NCBI GenBank assembly: GCA_965116875.1
Contig: OZ220733.1
Location: 768,001 to 832,000, forward strand
DNA length: 64,000 nucleotides
Direction: 5' to 3'
Source: Candidatus Latescibacterota bacterium
GTDB lineage: Bacteria; Latescibacterota; UBA2968; GCA-2709665
Shown: in pieces, positions 47,674 to 56,721 of the stretch
Layout: each line of letters begins with the position of its first letter
How positions within the stretch are numbered: the stretch's first letter is position 1
The notes under the pieces: generated by a model
Databases searched by the model: none
Told to the model about the DNA's origin: nothing
The model's input: only the letters and a program-made list of their open reading frames with translations
Made by a program: the position numbers and the translations under genes

Positions 47674-49134
47674 TCAAGGCTGACGCCGGATCGATCCGGC
47701 CAGACGCAGTGCCTCTGCGGCGGTCTCCTTCGAGAAAAAACGCAAAGCGAGCGGGTACGCAATCGCGCCCGCTACCACGCAGGACGCAATCAACGCCGTA
47801 TCCGACAGTACGCCAGTCGCCAGCCACTTGCAACCGGCCACCACCCCCGTCATCAGTACACAGCCCAGCGCACCGGGAACCAACGCCCTGAGATACTCAC
47901 CAAAGGACATTCGCGCCAGCCGGTTCACGATTCCCTGCGAGGCCGCGGTCAGGACCAGCACGCCGAGGCTTACCGCAAGCGCGGCTCCGGTTATCCCGCC
48001 GGAGATGCCGAACCACAGGGCCGCGAGCATAAAGACGGCGCCGGCGATGTTCCATATCAGCGCAAGACCGGTACGGCCCATGGCTGAAAAGACCAACCCG
48101 GCGGGGGACGCGACGGAACGAAGCGCTCCGGCCGGACTGAGCACCTGAAGTACCACCGCCGCGGGCGCCATCTCCGCCTCAAACAGCAATACGAGCCCCG
48201 GATGCGCCAGAAGGAAAAATCCCGCCATAATCGGAAAAACGAGTATGGCGACGTACTTCACAGTGGAGAGATAGGCCCGGCCAAGCCGGTCGACGTCATC
48301 CTGTAGAGCGGAGAAAGCGGGAAACGTCACCTTCGCGACGGCCTGAACCACACGGGTCTGCGGAAATGCGATGAGGCGGTACGCCAGTCCGTAGTAGCCC
48401 AGCGCCTCGATCCCAAGGAACCTGCCGATCAGCAGATAGTCCAGGTTCTGCTGGACGTAGCCCACAAGCCTTGAACCCGTCCACTTGCCTCCAAACCCGA
48501 TCAACACCCGGACGTCCGCGGCGCTGAAGGTACGGACAGGGTTGAAAGGGCAGAAAACCCAGGGACCCAGACCCAGAATCGCATGGCGGACCACAAAGGC
48601 CCAGACGAGACTCCACACCTCGTATCCCCACAGGGCCAGCGACACCATGGTCATTCCGCTCGAAAACGCCGCACAAACATCCAGAATCGCCAATTGTCCG
48701 AAACGAAACGTACGCTCCATCCGTGCCCGGGGTACGGCGCCGACACCCGCGAATACCAGCACCGACGCCATAGCCGGGAGAACCGCGGAAACCTGCGGAT
48801 CATCAAAAAAAAGTCCGCCCCAGAATCGGGCGGTCAGATAGAGGAGGGCGGCCAGCGGACACGAGATGATCAGGCCCATCCAGAACGCCGCGGCAAGATG
48901 CGCTCCTTGCGCATCGCGCTTCTGAATGAGGGCTCTCCCGAGGCCCATTTCCGAGGCCAGGATCCCCACTCCCACAATCGTGGCCGCGGCGACCTCCGTA
49001 CCGAAAGCCCTGGAGGGTTCGCTCAGATGCCGCACCACCAACCCCAGCGCGCCCACCTGAATCAGATAACCGGCGCCCTGTGCCAGGCCGGTCCACGAGA
49101 AAGCCCGGACGGTTGCGCGACGCAGGTCGGTCAT
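47674..49134 (-). CDS. wzx: Wzx/WzxC polysaccharide flippase
   Basis: EMGLGRALIQK, D.LLIGRFLG...LGYYGLAY, VTFPAFS.LQDD; roughly 12 transmembrane segments. Confidence 0.9.
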   Translation of the reverse strand: MTDLRRATVRAFSWTGLAQGAGYLIQVGALGLVVRHLSEPSRAFGTEVAAATIVGVGILASEMGLGRALIQKRDAQGAHLAAAFWMGLIISCPLAALLYLTARFWGGLFFDDPQVSAVLPAMASVLVFAGVGAVPRARMERTFRFGQLAILDVCAAFSSGMTMVSLALWGYEVWSLVWAFVVRHAILGLGPWVFCPFNPVRTFSAADVRVLIGFGGKWTGSRLVGYVQQNLDYLLIGRFLGIEALGYYGLAYRLIAFPQTRVVQAVAKVTFPAFSALQDDVDRLGRAYLSTVKYVAILVFPIMAGFFLLAHPGLVLLFEAEMAPAAVVLQVLSPAGALRSVASPAGLVFSAMGRTGLALIWNIAGAVFMLAALWFGISGGITGAALAVSLGVLVLTAASQGIVNRLARMSFGEYLRALVPGALGCVLMTGVVAGCKWLATGVLSDTALIASCVVAGAIAYPLALRFFSKETAAEALRLAGSIRRQP

Positions 49135-49150
49135 CCGGCCGCTCCTTTAT

Positions 49151-49226
49151 CAGCCCGTTGAAGAAGCCCATCCGGGCTACCTGCCTGCTGCAGGCAGGCC
49201 TGCAGAGCGACTTTATCAACGGACCG
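49151..49226. mobile_element. Internally deleted family B MITE with a palindromic core
   Basis: Ends CAGCCCGTTGAAGAAGCCCATCCGGGCTA and CCTGCAGAGCGACTTTATCAACGGACCG match the ends of 63750-63909. The core is replaced by CCTGCCTGCTGCAGGCAGG. Confidence 0.7.
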
Positions 49227-50201
49227 TTATGCGGTCTCCACTCGGGCCAACCGCACGCCGGTCCATACCGCCGCCACAATCACACAAACGACAATTGCAA
49301 GGCAGATCACGGCCGGCACGACGGCCGCCACGATTCCGCACAGGGCCAGCAGCCCGCCGGCAAGATGAATACGCCGCACCGCGCCCCTGACGGAATATCC
49401 CATTCGGACCAGCCGCTGTGCGACGTGATCCCGGCTTGCCCGCATCACGGACAGGCCCTTCCTCCGCCTCACGATACACAGGAAGACGGCTTCGAAACAG
49501 GGCACCCCCAGCACAAGTATCGTGCAGAGTTCACCCTGCACGCCCGGCATCGCTCTGGAAATCTCGACGGACATCGCGCCGAGAACGAATCCGGCAAACA
49601 AACTGCCGGCATCGCCCATATAGACCCTGGCGGGATGGGCGTTGTATACCAGAAACCCCAGAAAACCGCCCGCCAGGCTGGCGCCCAGTATCACAACCGG
49701 CGCCGCACCGCCGACCAGCCCCAGACCCGCAAGCCCAATAGAAGCAATGGCTCCGGCGCCCGCGGAGAGACCGTCCATCATGTCGAGGACGTTAAACGCG
49801 TTACACATCCAGACCAGCCATACGCCGGTCAGTACCGCGTCGACGACGGTACTCCCCGTTGTGTCGAACCGAAGCCCGTTCCCGACCGCAATGACAACCG
49901 TGAAGATCTGAAACCCAAGCTTCTGAAAGGGCGATAGCGGCCATTTGTCGTCGAAGAATCCGATCGCGCCCATTCCAAGCGCGCCGATCCAGAGGCCGGC
50001 CGGAAACGACAGCGGCGCAAAGGGAAGCAGCAGCAGGGTTGCGATCGCGATGGCCACGCCGCCAATGGGAGGGACCGACTCCGCACCGTTTCCACCGCCG
50101 GAATTCAACCACGAGGCGCGCAACGCCGCGGCACGAAGAAGAGGTGTCAGCAAAAGGGCGCTTCCGAATCCGAATGCGAGAAACAAAGCGGAGGACAACA
50201 C
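49227..50201 (-). CDS. wecA: Undecaprenyl-phosphate HexNAc-1-phosphate transferase (WecA/TagO/MraY family)
   Basis: P.IGGVAI, GFFDD, NAFNVLDMMDGL, YNAHPARVYMGDAGS, ASRDH motifs. Confidence 0.88.
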   Translation of the reverse strand: MLSSALFLAFGFGSALLLTPLLRAAALRASWLNSGGGNGAESVPPIGGVAIAIATLLLLPFAPLSFPAGLWIGALGMGAIGFFDDKWPLSPFQKLGFQIFTVVIAVGNGLRFDTTGSTVVDAVLTGVWLVWMCNAFNVLDMMDGLSAGAGAIASIGLAGLGLVGGAAPVVILGASLAGGFLGFLVYNAHPARVYMGDAGSLFAGFVLGAMSVEISRAMPGVQGELCTILVLGVPCFEAVFLCIVRRRKGLSVMRASRDHVAQRLVRMGYSVRGAVRRIHLAGGLLALCGIVAAVVPAVICLAIVVCVIVAAVWTGVRLARVETA

Positions 50202-50244
50202 GTCGCACTTCCTGGTTGCGAGCGGGACCGGCGCGGGCGTCCCG

Positions 50245-51360
50245 TCATCTGGGTTGGAAGCTCCGAACAGCGTCGATAACCTGAGCCACGTCCGTGTTTG
50301 TCATGGCCGGAAAGAGCGGAAGCGTCACCAGCTCATGCCACACCGACTCGGTTACCGGCAGCGCGCAACGATACGGTTCGTGGATCGGATAGAGATGGTT
50401 CGGATAATAGTGAACGCTGGAATCGACGTCCCGCCCGTGCAGGTGGGCGACCAGATTGTCCCTGTCCGCCACGCGCGGCACGTAGGCATGGAAGGCGCTG
50501 CTTGCGTACGGCGCAATCCCGGGCGTCCGAAGCCACGCAAGATCGGAAAACGCCTTGTTGTATTGCAGGACGATTTCCCGTCGCTGGGCGTTGGCCGACT
50601 CCAGCCTCGCCAGCTGGACCAGCCCGATTGCCGCATTCAGATCGTTCATATAGAACTTGTGACCCACTTCGGTCACTTCGTACAACCAGCGTTTCTGTTG
50701 CGGCCCGGCCGTAAACCGGTCCCAGGTGCCCTGCGGGATGCCCATCCAGCTCAGCCGTTTGAGTCGCTCGGCCAACTGCGCATCGTTTGTCGTCAGCATA
50801 CCGCCGTCGCAGGTCGTCAGGTTCTTCTGCGCCTGGAAACTGAAACACGCAATCGTTCCCAATCCGCCAACCATCCGGCCTTTGTACCTGGCGCCGCAGG
50901 CATGGGCGGCATCTTCCACAACCGGAATGTCACGGGACGCGGCGATTTCCAGAATCGGATCCATGTCGCAGGGGTGGCCGCTGTGGTGCACAACGACAAT
51001 CGCGGCCGTCCTGTCCGATATCCGCCGCGCAACGCAATCCGGGTCCAGGTTCAACGTAACGGGATCGATGTCGCAGAAAACCGGAATGGCCCCGTTCTGC
51101 AGGATGGCATGGTTGGTGGCGACGAAGGTCATGGACGTCGTCAGGACCTCGCGGCCCTCCACGCCCAGCACCTTGAGCGCCAGCAGCAATGCCGACGAGC
51201 AAGAATTTACGCTGACTGCATAGGACGTCCCGATATACTCGGCAAACCGCTTTTCGAAAGCCGCGGCTTTCGTACCTGCCCCCACCCAGCCGGACAGCAT
51301 CACCTCACGAACCGCCGCTACTTCCTCCTCGTCGAAACAGGCCCGCCAGATGGGAATCAT
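50245..51360 (-). CDS. DegT/DnrJ/EryC1/StrS nucleotide-sugar aminotransferase
   Basis: TFVATNHAI, VEDAAHACGA, FSFQAQKNLTTCDGGM (PLP lysine), LPLFP. Confidence 0.93.
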   Translation of the reverse strand: MIPIWRACFDEEEVAAVREVMLSGWVGAGTKAAAFEKRFAEYIGTSYAVSVNSCSSALLLALKVLGVEGREVLTTSMTFVATNHAILQNGAIPVFCDIDPVTLNLDPDCVARRISDRTAAIVVVHHSGHPCDMDPILEIAASRDIPVVEDAAHACGARYKGRMVGGLGTIACFSFQAQKNLTTCDGGMLTTNDAQLAERLKRLSWMGIPQGTWDRFTAGPQQKRWLYEVTEVGHKFYMNDLNAAIGLVQLARLESANAQRREIVLQYNKAFSDLAWLRTPGIAPYASSAFHAYVPRVADRDNLVAHLHGRDVDSSVHYYPNHLYPIHEPYRCALPVTESVWHELVTLPLFPAMTNTDVAQVIDAVRSFQPR

Positions 51361-52319
51361 GAAATCTCCTTCGGACCCGCACATCCCCACCGGGAACCGA
51401 AGCCGCCGCGACCTTCAGCGCCCCGGGTCAGGACCCGTCTGTACGCCTTGAGCCTCGGTCCGGCTTCCCTCCTGAATCCGGGCAATAAAAACAGAGCTCC
51501 CCAGAGCAGCGTCCTCAATATCATCTCCGGAAACGTCAGTGCAGCCAGAAGGCGACCCGCCTGATCTCCCAGGTGTTTTTTCATAACGTACAGATGACTT
51601 GCCACACCCTCCACCAGCATCCGTTCGAGCGCCTTCTTCGAACTTCGGCCTCCCGCATGGAATGCGCAAGCCTCCGGCAGATAGGCCACGGACCATCCGG
51701 CCCTACCAAGCCTGAGGCAGAGGTCAACGTCTTCATAATACATGAATATCGCGTCGTCCATGCCGCCGACCGCGCCGAACGCGCTGCGACGCATCAGGAA
51801 ACAGGCACCCGTGACCCAGCCGACCGCAGTCGGCCCACGTGAGACCCGGCAGCCGAATTTAAGAAATGGAAATACAAGATGCAACAGGAATTTACGGCAG
51901 ATTTCGCCGGCCAGCCGGGGCGCCCGACCGCAGGACCGTTGCGCCCGACCTCGCTCGTCGACAAGGCGCGGCCCCACCACACCGACCCGGTCGTGGGCTT
52001 CAAGATAATCCAACAGGCGTTCAACCGCGTCCGGCGCTACCTTCACGTCCGGGTTCAGGACGAGAATATAGGGAGCGTTGCTCAGTTGCACTCCCCGGTT
52101 GACGCCGCTGCCGAACCCGAAGTTCCCCCCCGTCTCAACCAGCCGCACAACGTCGCCAAAGGTGTCCAGCGCGTCAGGACTGCCATCCGACGACGCGTTG
52201 TCCACCACAACCACCTCCATCGGCAGGCGCTCAGTACCTGCAATCAGGCTCGCGACGCACCTGTGGAGGTCGTCACCCGAGTTCCAGTTCACCACGACCG
52301 CCGTCACCGCCGGTTTCAT
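51357..52319 (-). CDS. GT2 family glycosyltransferase
   Basis: VVVNWNS, VVVDNASSDGS, N.GFG.G.N.G, LNPD, WVTGAC, FMYYEDVDLC. Confidence 0.92.
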   Translation of the reverse strand: MKPAVTAVVVNWNSGDDLHRCVASLIAGTERLPMEVVVVDNASSDGSPDALDTFGDVVRLVETGGNFGFGSGVNRGVQLSNAPYILVLNPDVKVAPDAVERLLDYLEAHDRVGVVGPRLVDERGRAQRSCGRAPRLAGEICRKFLLHLVFPFLKFGCRVSRGPTAVGWVTGACFLMRRSAFGAVGGMDDAIFMYYEDVDLCLRLGRAGWSVAYLPEACAFHAGGRSSKKALERMLVEGVASHLYVMKKHLGDQAGRLLAALTFPEMILRTLLWGALFLLPGFRREAGPRLKAYRRVLTRGAEGRGGFGSRWGCAGPKEIS

Positions 52320-53718
52320 CCGCCTCTCCATCCAATCGGGCCAGAATGCCGAGAAAACACGCGTGCCAGAAAATCAACCGGTTGCCCATCATCGTATTGT
52401 CGCTGACAATATATACCAGCAGCGCCGCGTAGACCGCAAGAAACGCAACGCAAAACCCCTTCAGTTGCGGATCGTCGGTGCGGCGAAACATGCCGTAGGC
52501 GATCCGCAGTCCCCTGAAGAATATCCAGAGAAAAGCGATCACGCCCACAATTCCCATTCGCATCATAATCGTCAGATAGGTGTTGTCAACGCCGCCGGAC
52601 GTAAATACGTAGGGCCGGGAGTACTCGTCGAACCTCAGATAGGAGATCGTGGTTCCATGTCCTCCACCCAGTAACGGCCGCTCCCATATCTTCTCCAGCG
52701 CCAGCGCATACGCCAGCAGACGACCCTGGATCTCCAGGTCGCCCTCGGTTACGGTACGCCGCAAACGATGAGCCGCGATGTCCTCCACGCCCGCGCCGGT
52801 GAACTGCTGGAAATAATAGCCAAGGCCCAGCAGCAAGACGGGAATCAGCAACAATATCAGAAGCCGCCGTCCACGATGCCTCCCGCGGTCCAGCAGTACC
52901 AGCCCCCCCACGCAGAACAGACCGAACAACAGGCTGCCCCACATCGCGCGTCCCATCGTGACAACCAGCGCAAGACCTATAGGAACAAGAAGAAGGCCGC
53001 CAACCGTGCGCCGAACCGGCGACGTGTCGTACAGGAAAGCCGCCGCGAGAACCAGAACCCCCATCGGAAGCAGCAGCCCCTCCCGCCTGGCGACCCGGTA
53101 GAATGCCCCCGCATACGAGAGATCGACGGTCCGGACGAATTCAATAAGGTACTCTACTCCCACGACAGCCGCGGAAATCACCAGCACGGCCAGAAACATC
53201 CCGCGCCTGCGCAGGTCGAAAAAGCCCGTTACGACGAAGAACAGCACGTAGTAAAGAGGATATCGCACGTCCCGCATCACCTGCCGAACGTCCTGCCCGT
53301 AAATCAGACCCAGCCCTATCGAGGCCACCACCAGCCCGAGAAAAACCAGCATCGGACGATCCAGCCGGGTACGCCGCCAGCTCAGCTTCCGTTCCTGCAG
53401 CCATGCGACGAACGCCACACCCCATACCACCAGGAACAGCGCTTCGCAGAAGTGCAGATTCCGGGGCAGCATGAGATGCTCTTCGTAAAACTCGGAGGGG
53501 ATTACGGAGGCGATAAAGCAGAGATACAAAAGCGCGGAAGTGACTGAGGTCATCAGGGCGATACCGGAAATCACAATCAGGCTGACGGTGATTAGCGGAA
53601 TGACCTCGCCGAAACGCCAGGCGGGCAGCGCGATCAGCGCGAGTTGCGCGAGACACAGGGCCGGGATCACCCACCGTCCGTGTATCCGTGCGGTCGAGCC
53701 GCCCGATTCCATTGCCAT
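52273..53718 (-). CDS. O-antigen ligase/polymerase (Wzy_C) family membrane protein
   Basis: Multi-pass membrane protein with T.GRA.W, GR...Y..AL......PLLGGG.G and DNTYL....MGIVG. Confidence 0.85.
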   Translation of the reverse strand: MAMESGGSTARIHGRWVIPALCLAQLALIALPAWRFGEVIPLITVSLIVISGIALMTSVTSALLYLCFIASVIPSEFYEEHLMLPRNLHFCEALFLVVWGVAFVAWLQERKLSWRRTRLDRPMLVFLGLVVASIGLGLIYGQDVRQVMRDVRYPLYYVLFFVVTGFFDLRRRGMFLAVLVISAAVVGVEYLIEFVRTVDLSYAGAFYRVARREGLLLPMGVLVLAAAFLYDTSPVRRTVGGLLLVPIGLALVVTMGRAMWGSLLFGLFCVGGLVLLDRGRHRGRRLLILLLIPVLLLGLGYYFQQFTGAGVEDIAAHRLRRTVTEGDLEIQGRLLAYALALEKIWERPLLGGGHGTTISYLRFDEYSRPYVFTSGGVDNTYLTIMMRMGIVGVIAFLWIFFRGLRIAYGMFRRTDDPQLKGFCVAFLAVYAALLVYIVSDNTMMGNRLIFWHACFLGILARLDGEADETGGDGGRGELELG

Positions 53719-53741
53719 CGGTCCCTTTCCCGTTCAGCTTC

Positions 53742-55430
53742 TCAGAAAAAATTGAGGTCAAGCGTGATGCGCAGGTCGTGGATGCCTCCATCCCCGCGCC
53801 TTCCGCCCTTCAGGGGTACGTTGCCGGCTCGCGTCTGCAGGTAGGTCGCGGAAATCACGAGATCGGAGAACGGCTCCAGGACGAGGTCGACACCGGCCTG
53901 CGAACGCTTCTCCACCGCGCCGCTCAGGAACTCCCGAACCGCGGGATCCTCAGGCCGCCGGCCCAGGCGCGCGTCTCCCCCCACGTTCGTCAGCGTGCCG
54001 TCCGAATTTTCGATATTCTCTCCAAGACGCGTCCTTTCGAAGCTGAGGGTTGCAGAAACCGAGGGAGAGAACCGGTGCGTCAACCGGGCCCAGAACCGGT
54101 CTGAATTCGGGCCGGTGGGATAACCCAGGAGCGCGTCGAAATGCGTGTACGCGTTGACGTTGAACCTGTGAGAATACACGAACGGTTCGATATGCACGAA
54201 CTCGGCTCGAAAATCCGTATCCCGCAGCCCGAACGCATCCGTCCAGAACACGCCCGCTTGCGCCGCGAGCTTGTTGGAAAAGTCACCAGGGCTGAACTTC
54301 CTCAAGTCATCCATGAATAACGCCAGGTACGTCTGAAACCGTTTGACAGGGCGAAGGGATATATCCAGCCCCGCAGCCAGGTTGTCCCTGTCTCCCACCG
54401 CCATCTGTGCGGCGGTCAGTACCGATACGGGAGACGCATACAGGAATTCGAAATCCCGGTCCCCGTAAATCACCGCCTCCTGGAATCCCAGACGGACGCG
54501 CGGAGAGACATCGACCTCCACGCGATGGGCCGCAATTGCTTTGGCGCGAAGAAACGTACGGCGGTGACCGTTGTCGAACCTCGTGCGGGAAGCGTCGATG
54601 AGATCCGAATCGGCTTCCAGAAATCCGAGAACGTGGATGAAGCGCACCCGCCTGTACGCCGTCCGGAATCGAACCATTCCGAAGGACGGTGCGAACGGCG
54701 CCATGAGCAGGTTGCCGCTCCTGCCGGGCCCCCAGTCCAGGCTGCCTTTTGCCGCATCCGCAGCAAACCAGCGCGTTGCCCAAACCAGTTGGCAGGTCGC
54801 TTCACGAAAGTCGGCCGCCTTCCCCTTGAATTGTACCAGTTCCACGGGCCGGGCAAGTACGTCCGCCCTGGTCAGCCGGGGGAGGGTGCTCCATTCCCTG
54901 GCCTCGAAGTGCCGGGCGCGAAAACCGATCCGGTCGCCAAGCGTGCCGCGGACAATCGCGCCGACGTGGGTTTGAGAAACCGTCTCTCTCTCTCTGACTT
55001 CGCCCCGAAGCAGAATCAATCGCTGTCGGAAGAGCGCGTCGACGGCGACCGACGCGGACGTATCCCGCCATGAATAAAGTGTGCGCGCCAACCGCTCGAA
55101 CACGCCGGCTTCGGCTGCGGACGGGGCATGGCCCAACCGTGCGGCCTCCGTGCGGAACGAGGACAGATGTCTCCGGAGTATCGCCCTTTCCGTCCCCGAC
55201 ATCGCGGCCAGCGCATCGCCATTCCGCAGGACCTGAATCAGAAGCCGGGCGACCTCAAGACGGGTGTAGGGCCTGATCTGCGACGCGGCCGGGTCCAGCC
55301 AGCCATGGACGTCGTACCGGTCTAGCGTACGATAAACCGTATGGGTAAGCGGGACGTCCGGAGTATTGTCACCCGCGTGGACAATCCGCGACAGGGAGAG
55401 AACAGCCAGGAACAGGGTTACGGATCTCAC
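53742..55430 (-). CDS. Capsule assembly Wzi-family outer-membrane protein
   Basis: Signal peptide. VPL.H.VY..LDR, RPYTR, WGPGRSGNLL, AHRVE, EAVIYG and DN motifs, with an aromatic C-terminus (LDLNFF). Confidence 0.75.
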   Translation of the reverse strand: MRSVTLFLAVLSLSRIVHAGDNTPDVPLTHTVYRTLDRYDVHGWLDPAASQIRPYTRLEVARLLIQVLRNGDALAAMSGTERAILRRHLSSFRTEAARLGHAPSAAEAGVFERLARTLYSWRDTSASVAVDALFRQRLILLRGEVRERETVSQTHVGAIVRGTLGDRIGFRARHFEAREWSTLPRLTRADVLARPVELVQFKGKAADFREATCQLVWATRWFAADAAKGSLDWGPGRSGNLLMAPFAPSFGMVRFRTAYRRVRFIHVLGFLEADSDLIDASRTRFDNGHRRTFLRAKAIAAHRVEVDVSPRVRLGFQEAVIYGDRDFEFLYASPVSVLTAAQMAVGDRDNLAAGLDISLRPVKRFQTYLALFMDDLRKFSPGDFSNKLAAQAGVFWTDAFGLRDTDFRAEFVHIEPFVYSHRFNVNAYTHFDALLGYPTGPNSDRFWARLTHRFSPSVSATLSFERTRLGENIENSDGTLTNVGGDARLGRRPEDPAVREFLSGAVEKRSQAGVDLVLEPFSDLVISATYLQTRAGNVPLKGGRRGDGGIHDLRITLDLNFF

Positions 55431-55581
55431 GACGTCTTATCCGGAGAATCTGGACTCCGTGGAAGATCGACCTTGCACTACCGTCGATGCGGCTGTGCCG
55501 GCAGACACGCCCACCGCCACGCCCGAACCGGCGTAGAAACACCAGTTTCCCGATTCCCCGGGCCTGGCGACGGTTTGCCCA

Positions 55582-55609
55582 ATTATACCATAACCCCGTG
55601 AATTGTCAA
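55582..55609 (-). promoter_or_regulatory. Consensus sigma70 promoter of the polysaccharide/C25 operon
   Basis: TTGACA (55609-55604), 16 nt, TATAAT (55587-55582), with a TGn extension. Confidence 0.75.
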
Positions 55610-55657
55610 GCGAACGGCCTCCCACGCTCAGGTTGCCGAGCGTGTCATCGAAATCCC

Positions 55658-55686
55658 TTGACTTTACCTGCTCAACCTGCTATTAT
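55658..55686 (+). promoter_or_regulatory. Sigma70 promoter of the microcompartment operon
   Basis: TTGACT (55658-55663), 17 nt, TATTAT (55681-55686), with a TGn extension. Confidence 0.7.
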
Positions 55687-55815
55687 TCGCGTCTTGAATT
55701 CGGATTCGCACCTGTCTTCGATCCACCAGACGACCCATTCGCGTCCTGCCCCGGAAACGAGTCGCCGTTCGGCAAAACACGTCCGGGGCCGAACACGATT
55801 GCGGGACGCGTCCCG

Positions 55816-56532
55816 ATGGTACAGACATTCAAACCTGCTTCCGAATGCGCGGACTGCAAGCTGTGCCAGCGAGGGCGGGAGGCCGCGCCAGGCAACGGCT
55901 CGCCGGATATCGCCCACGTCGTCCGGGAAGTCATCGGGAGGATTCGGAACGGAAAAGAAGGCCTCCTCGAGGTTCCGGTGGGTGTCTCCGCAAGGCACTG
56001 TCACCTGGACCGTACGGCCATGGATATCCTCTTCGGGGCCGGATCGGAACTCACACCCTACAGAGAACTCTTTCAGCCGGGCGCCTATGCGGCTGAAGAG
56101 TGCGTCTCTGTTATCGGGCCCCGGCTACGCGCCATCGAGCGCGTCCGGATTCTGGGACCCGCCCGGGACTACAACCAGGTCGAATTGGCCCGTACGGACG
56201 CCATCTTTCTGGGTCTGGACCCCCCTGTGCGGGACTCCGGCGACCTGAAAGGCGCCCAGCGGGTCACTTTTGTGGGTCCAAAGGGATCCCTTACGGTGCC
56301 TGCCGCTATCCGCGCCGTCCGGCACCTCCATCTCCGCCCTGCCGACGTTGTGGAGATGGGCCTGACCGGGCGCAGCGCCGTTCGCGCTCATATCGGCGGC
56401 GAAAAGGGTCTCACCTTTGAAAACGTCAGGCTGAAAATCGACCCCGGCTATCTGCCCGAACTCCATCTGGACACCGACGACGCCAACGCGGCCGACCTTG
56501 TCTGCGGAGGCAAGGCATACATCGAATCGTAA
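55816..56532 (+). CDS. pduL: BMC phosphate propanoyl/acetyltransferase PduL
   Basis: VPVGVSARHCHL, LFQPG.YAA.E.V, VRILGP.R...QVELARTD, RHLHL, LHLDTDDANAA. N-terminal encapsulation-like helix IAHVVREVIGRI. Confidence 0.93.
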   Translation: MVQTFKPASECADCKLCQRGREAAPGNGSPDIAHVVREVIGRIRNGKEGLLEVPVGVSARHCHLDRTAMDILFGAGSELTPYRELFQPGAYAAEECVSVIGPRLRAIERVRILGPARDYNQVELARTDAIFLGLDPPVRDSGDLKGAQRVTFVGPKGSLTVPAAIRAVRHLHLRPADVVEMGLTGRSAVRAHIGGEKGLTFENVRLKIDPGYLPELHLDTDDANAADLVCGGKAYIES

Positions 56533-56694
56533 GAAGCCGTCTTAAAATTCCCTGCGGTCTTCGCACGGCTGCAAAAGCGCCGGTCGGCGTTGGTCAAACC
56601 CACCCGTATAGACAAATATGGGCGGGTTTTCCCGCCTTGACCGCCACTTTTTCGCTCGTGCTCGGGAACTCACCGGTAATTTTAAAACGGCTTC
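56533..56694. mobile_element. MITE-like element, family A, copy 1 (162 bp)
   Basis: Terminal inverted repeats GAAGCCGTCTTAAAATT / AATTTTAAAACGGCTTC. Near-identical to the copies at 58509, 60860 and 63949. Confidence 0.85.
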
Positions 56695-56721
56695 TGAGAA
56701 GCTGTACTCTTTCGCTCACCC

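Noticed and set aside
49945-51564. 539-aa plus-strand ORF, and similar long antisense ORFs such as 11692-12870, 27707-28768 and 56725-58008
   Set aside because: They lie opposite well-supported genes and have no recognisable motifs.
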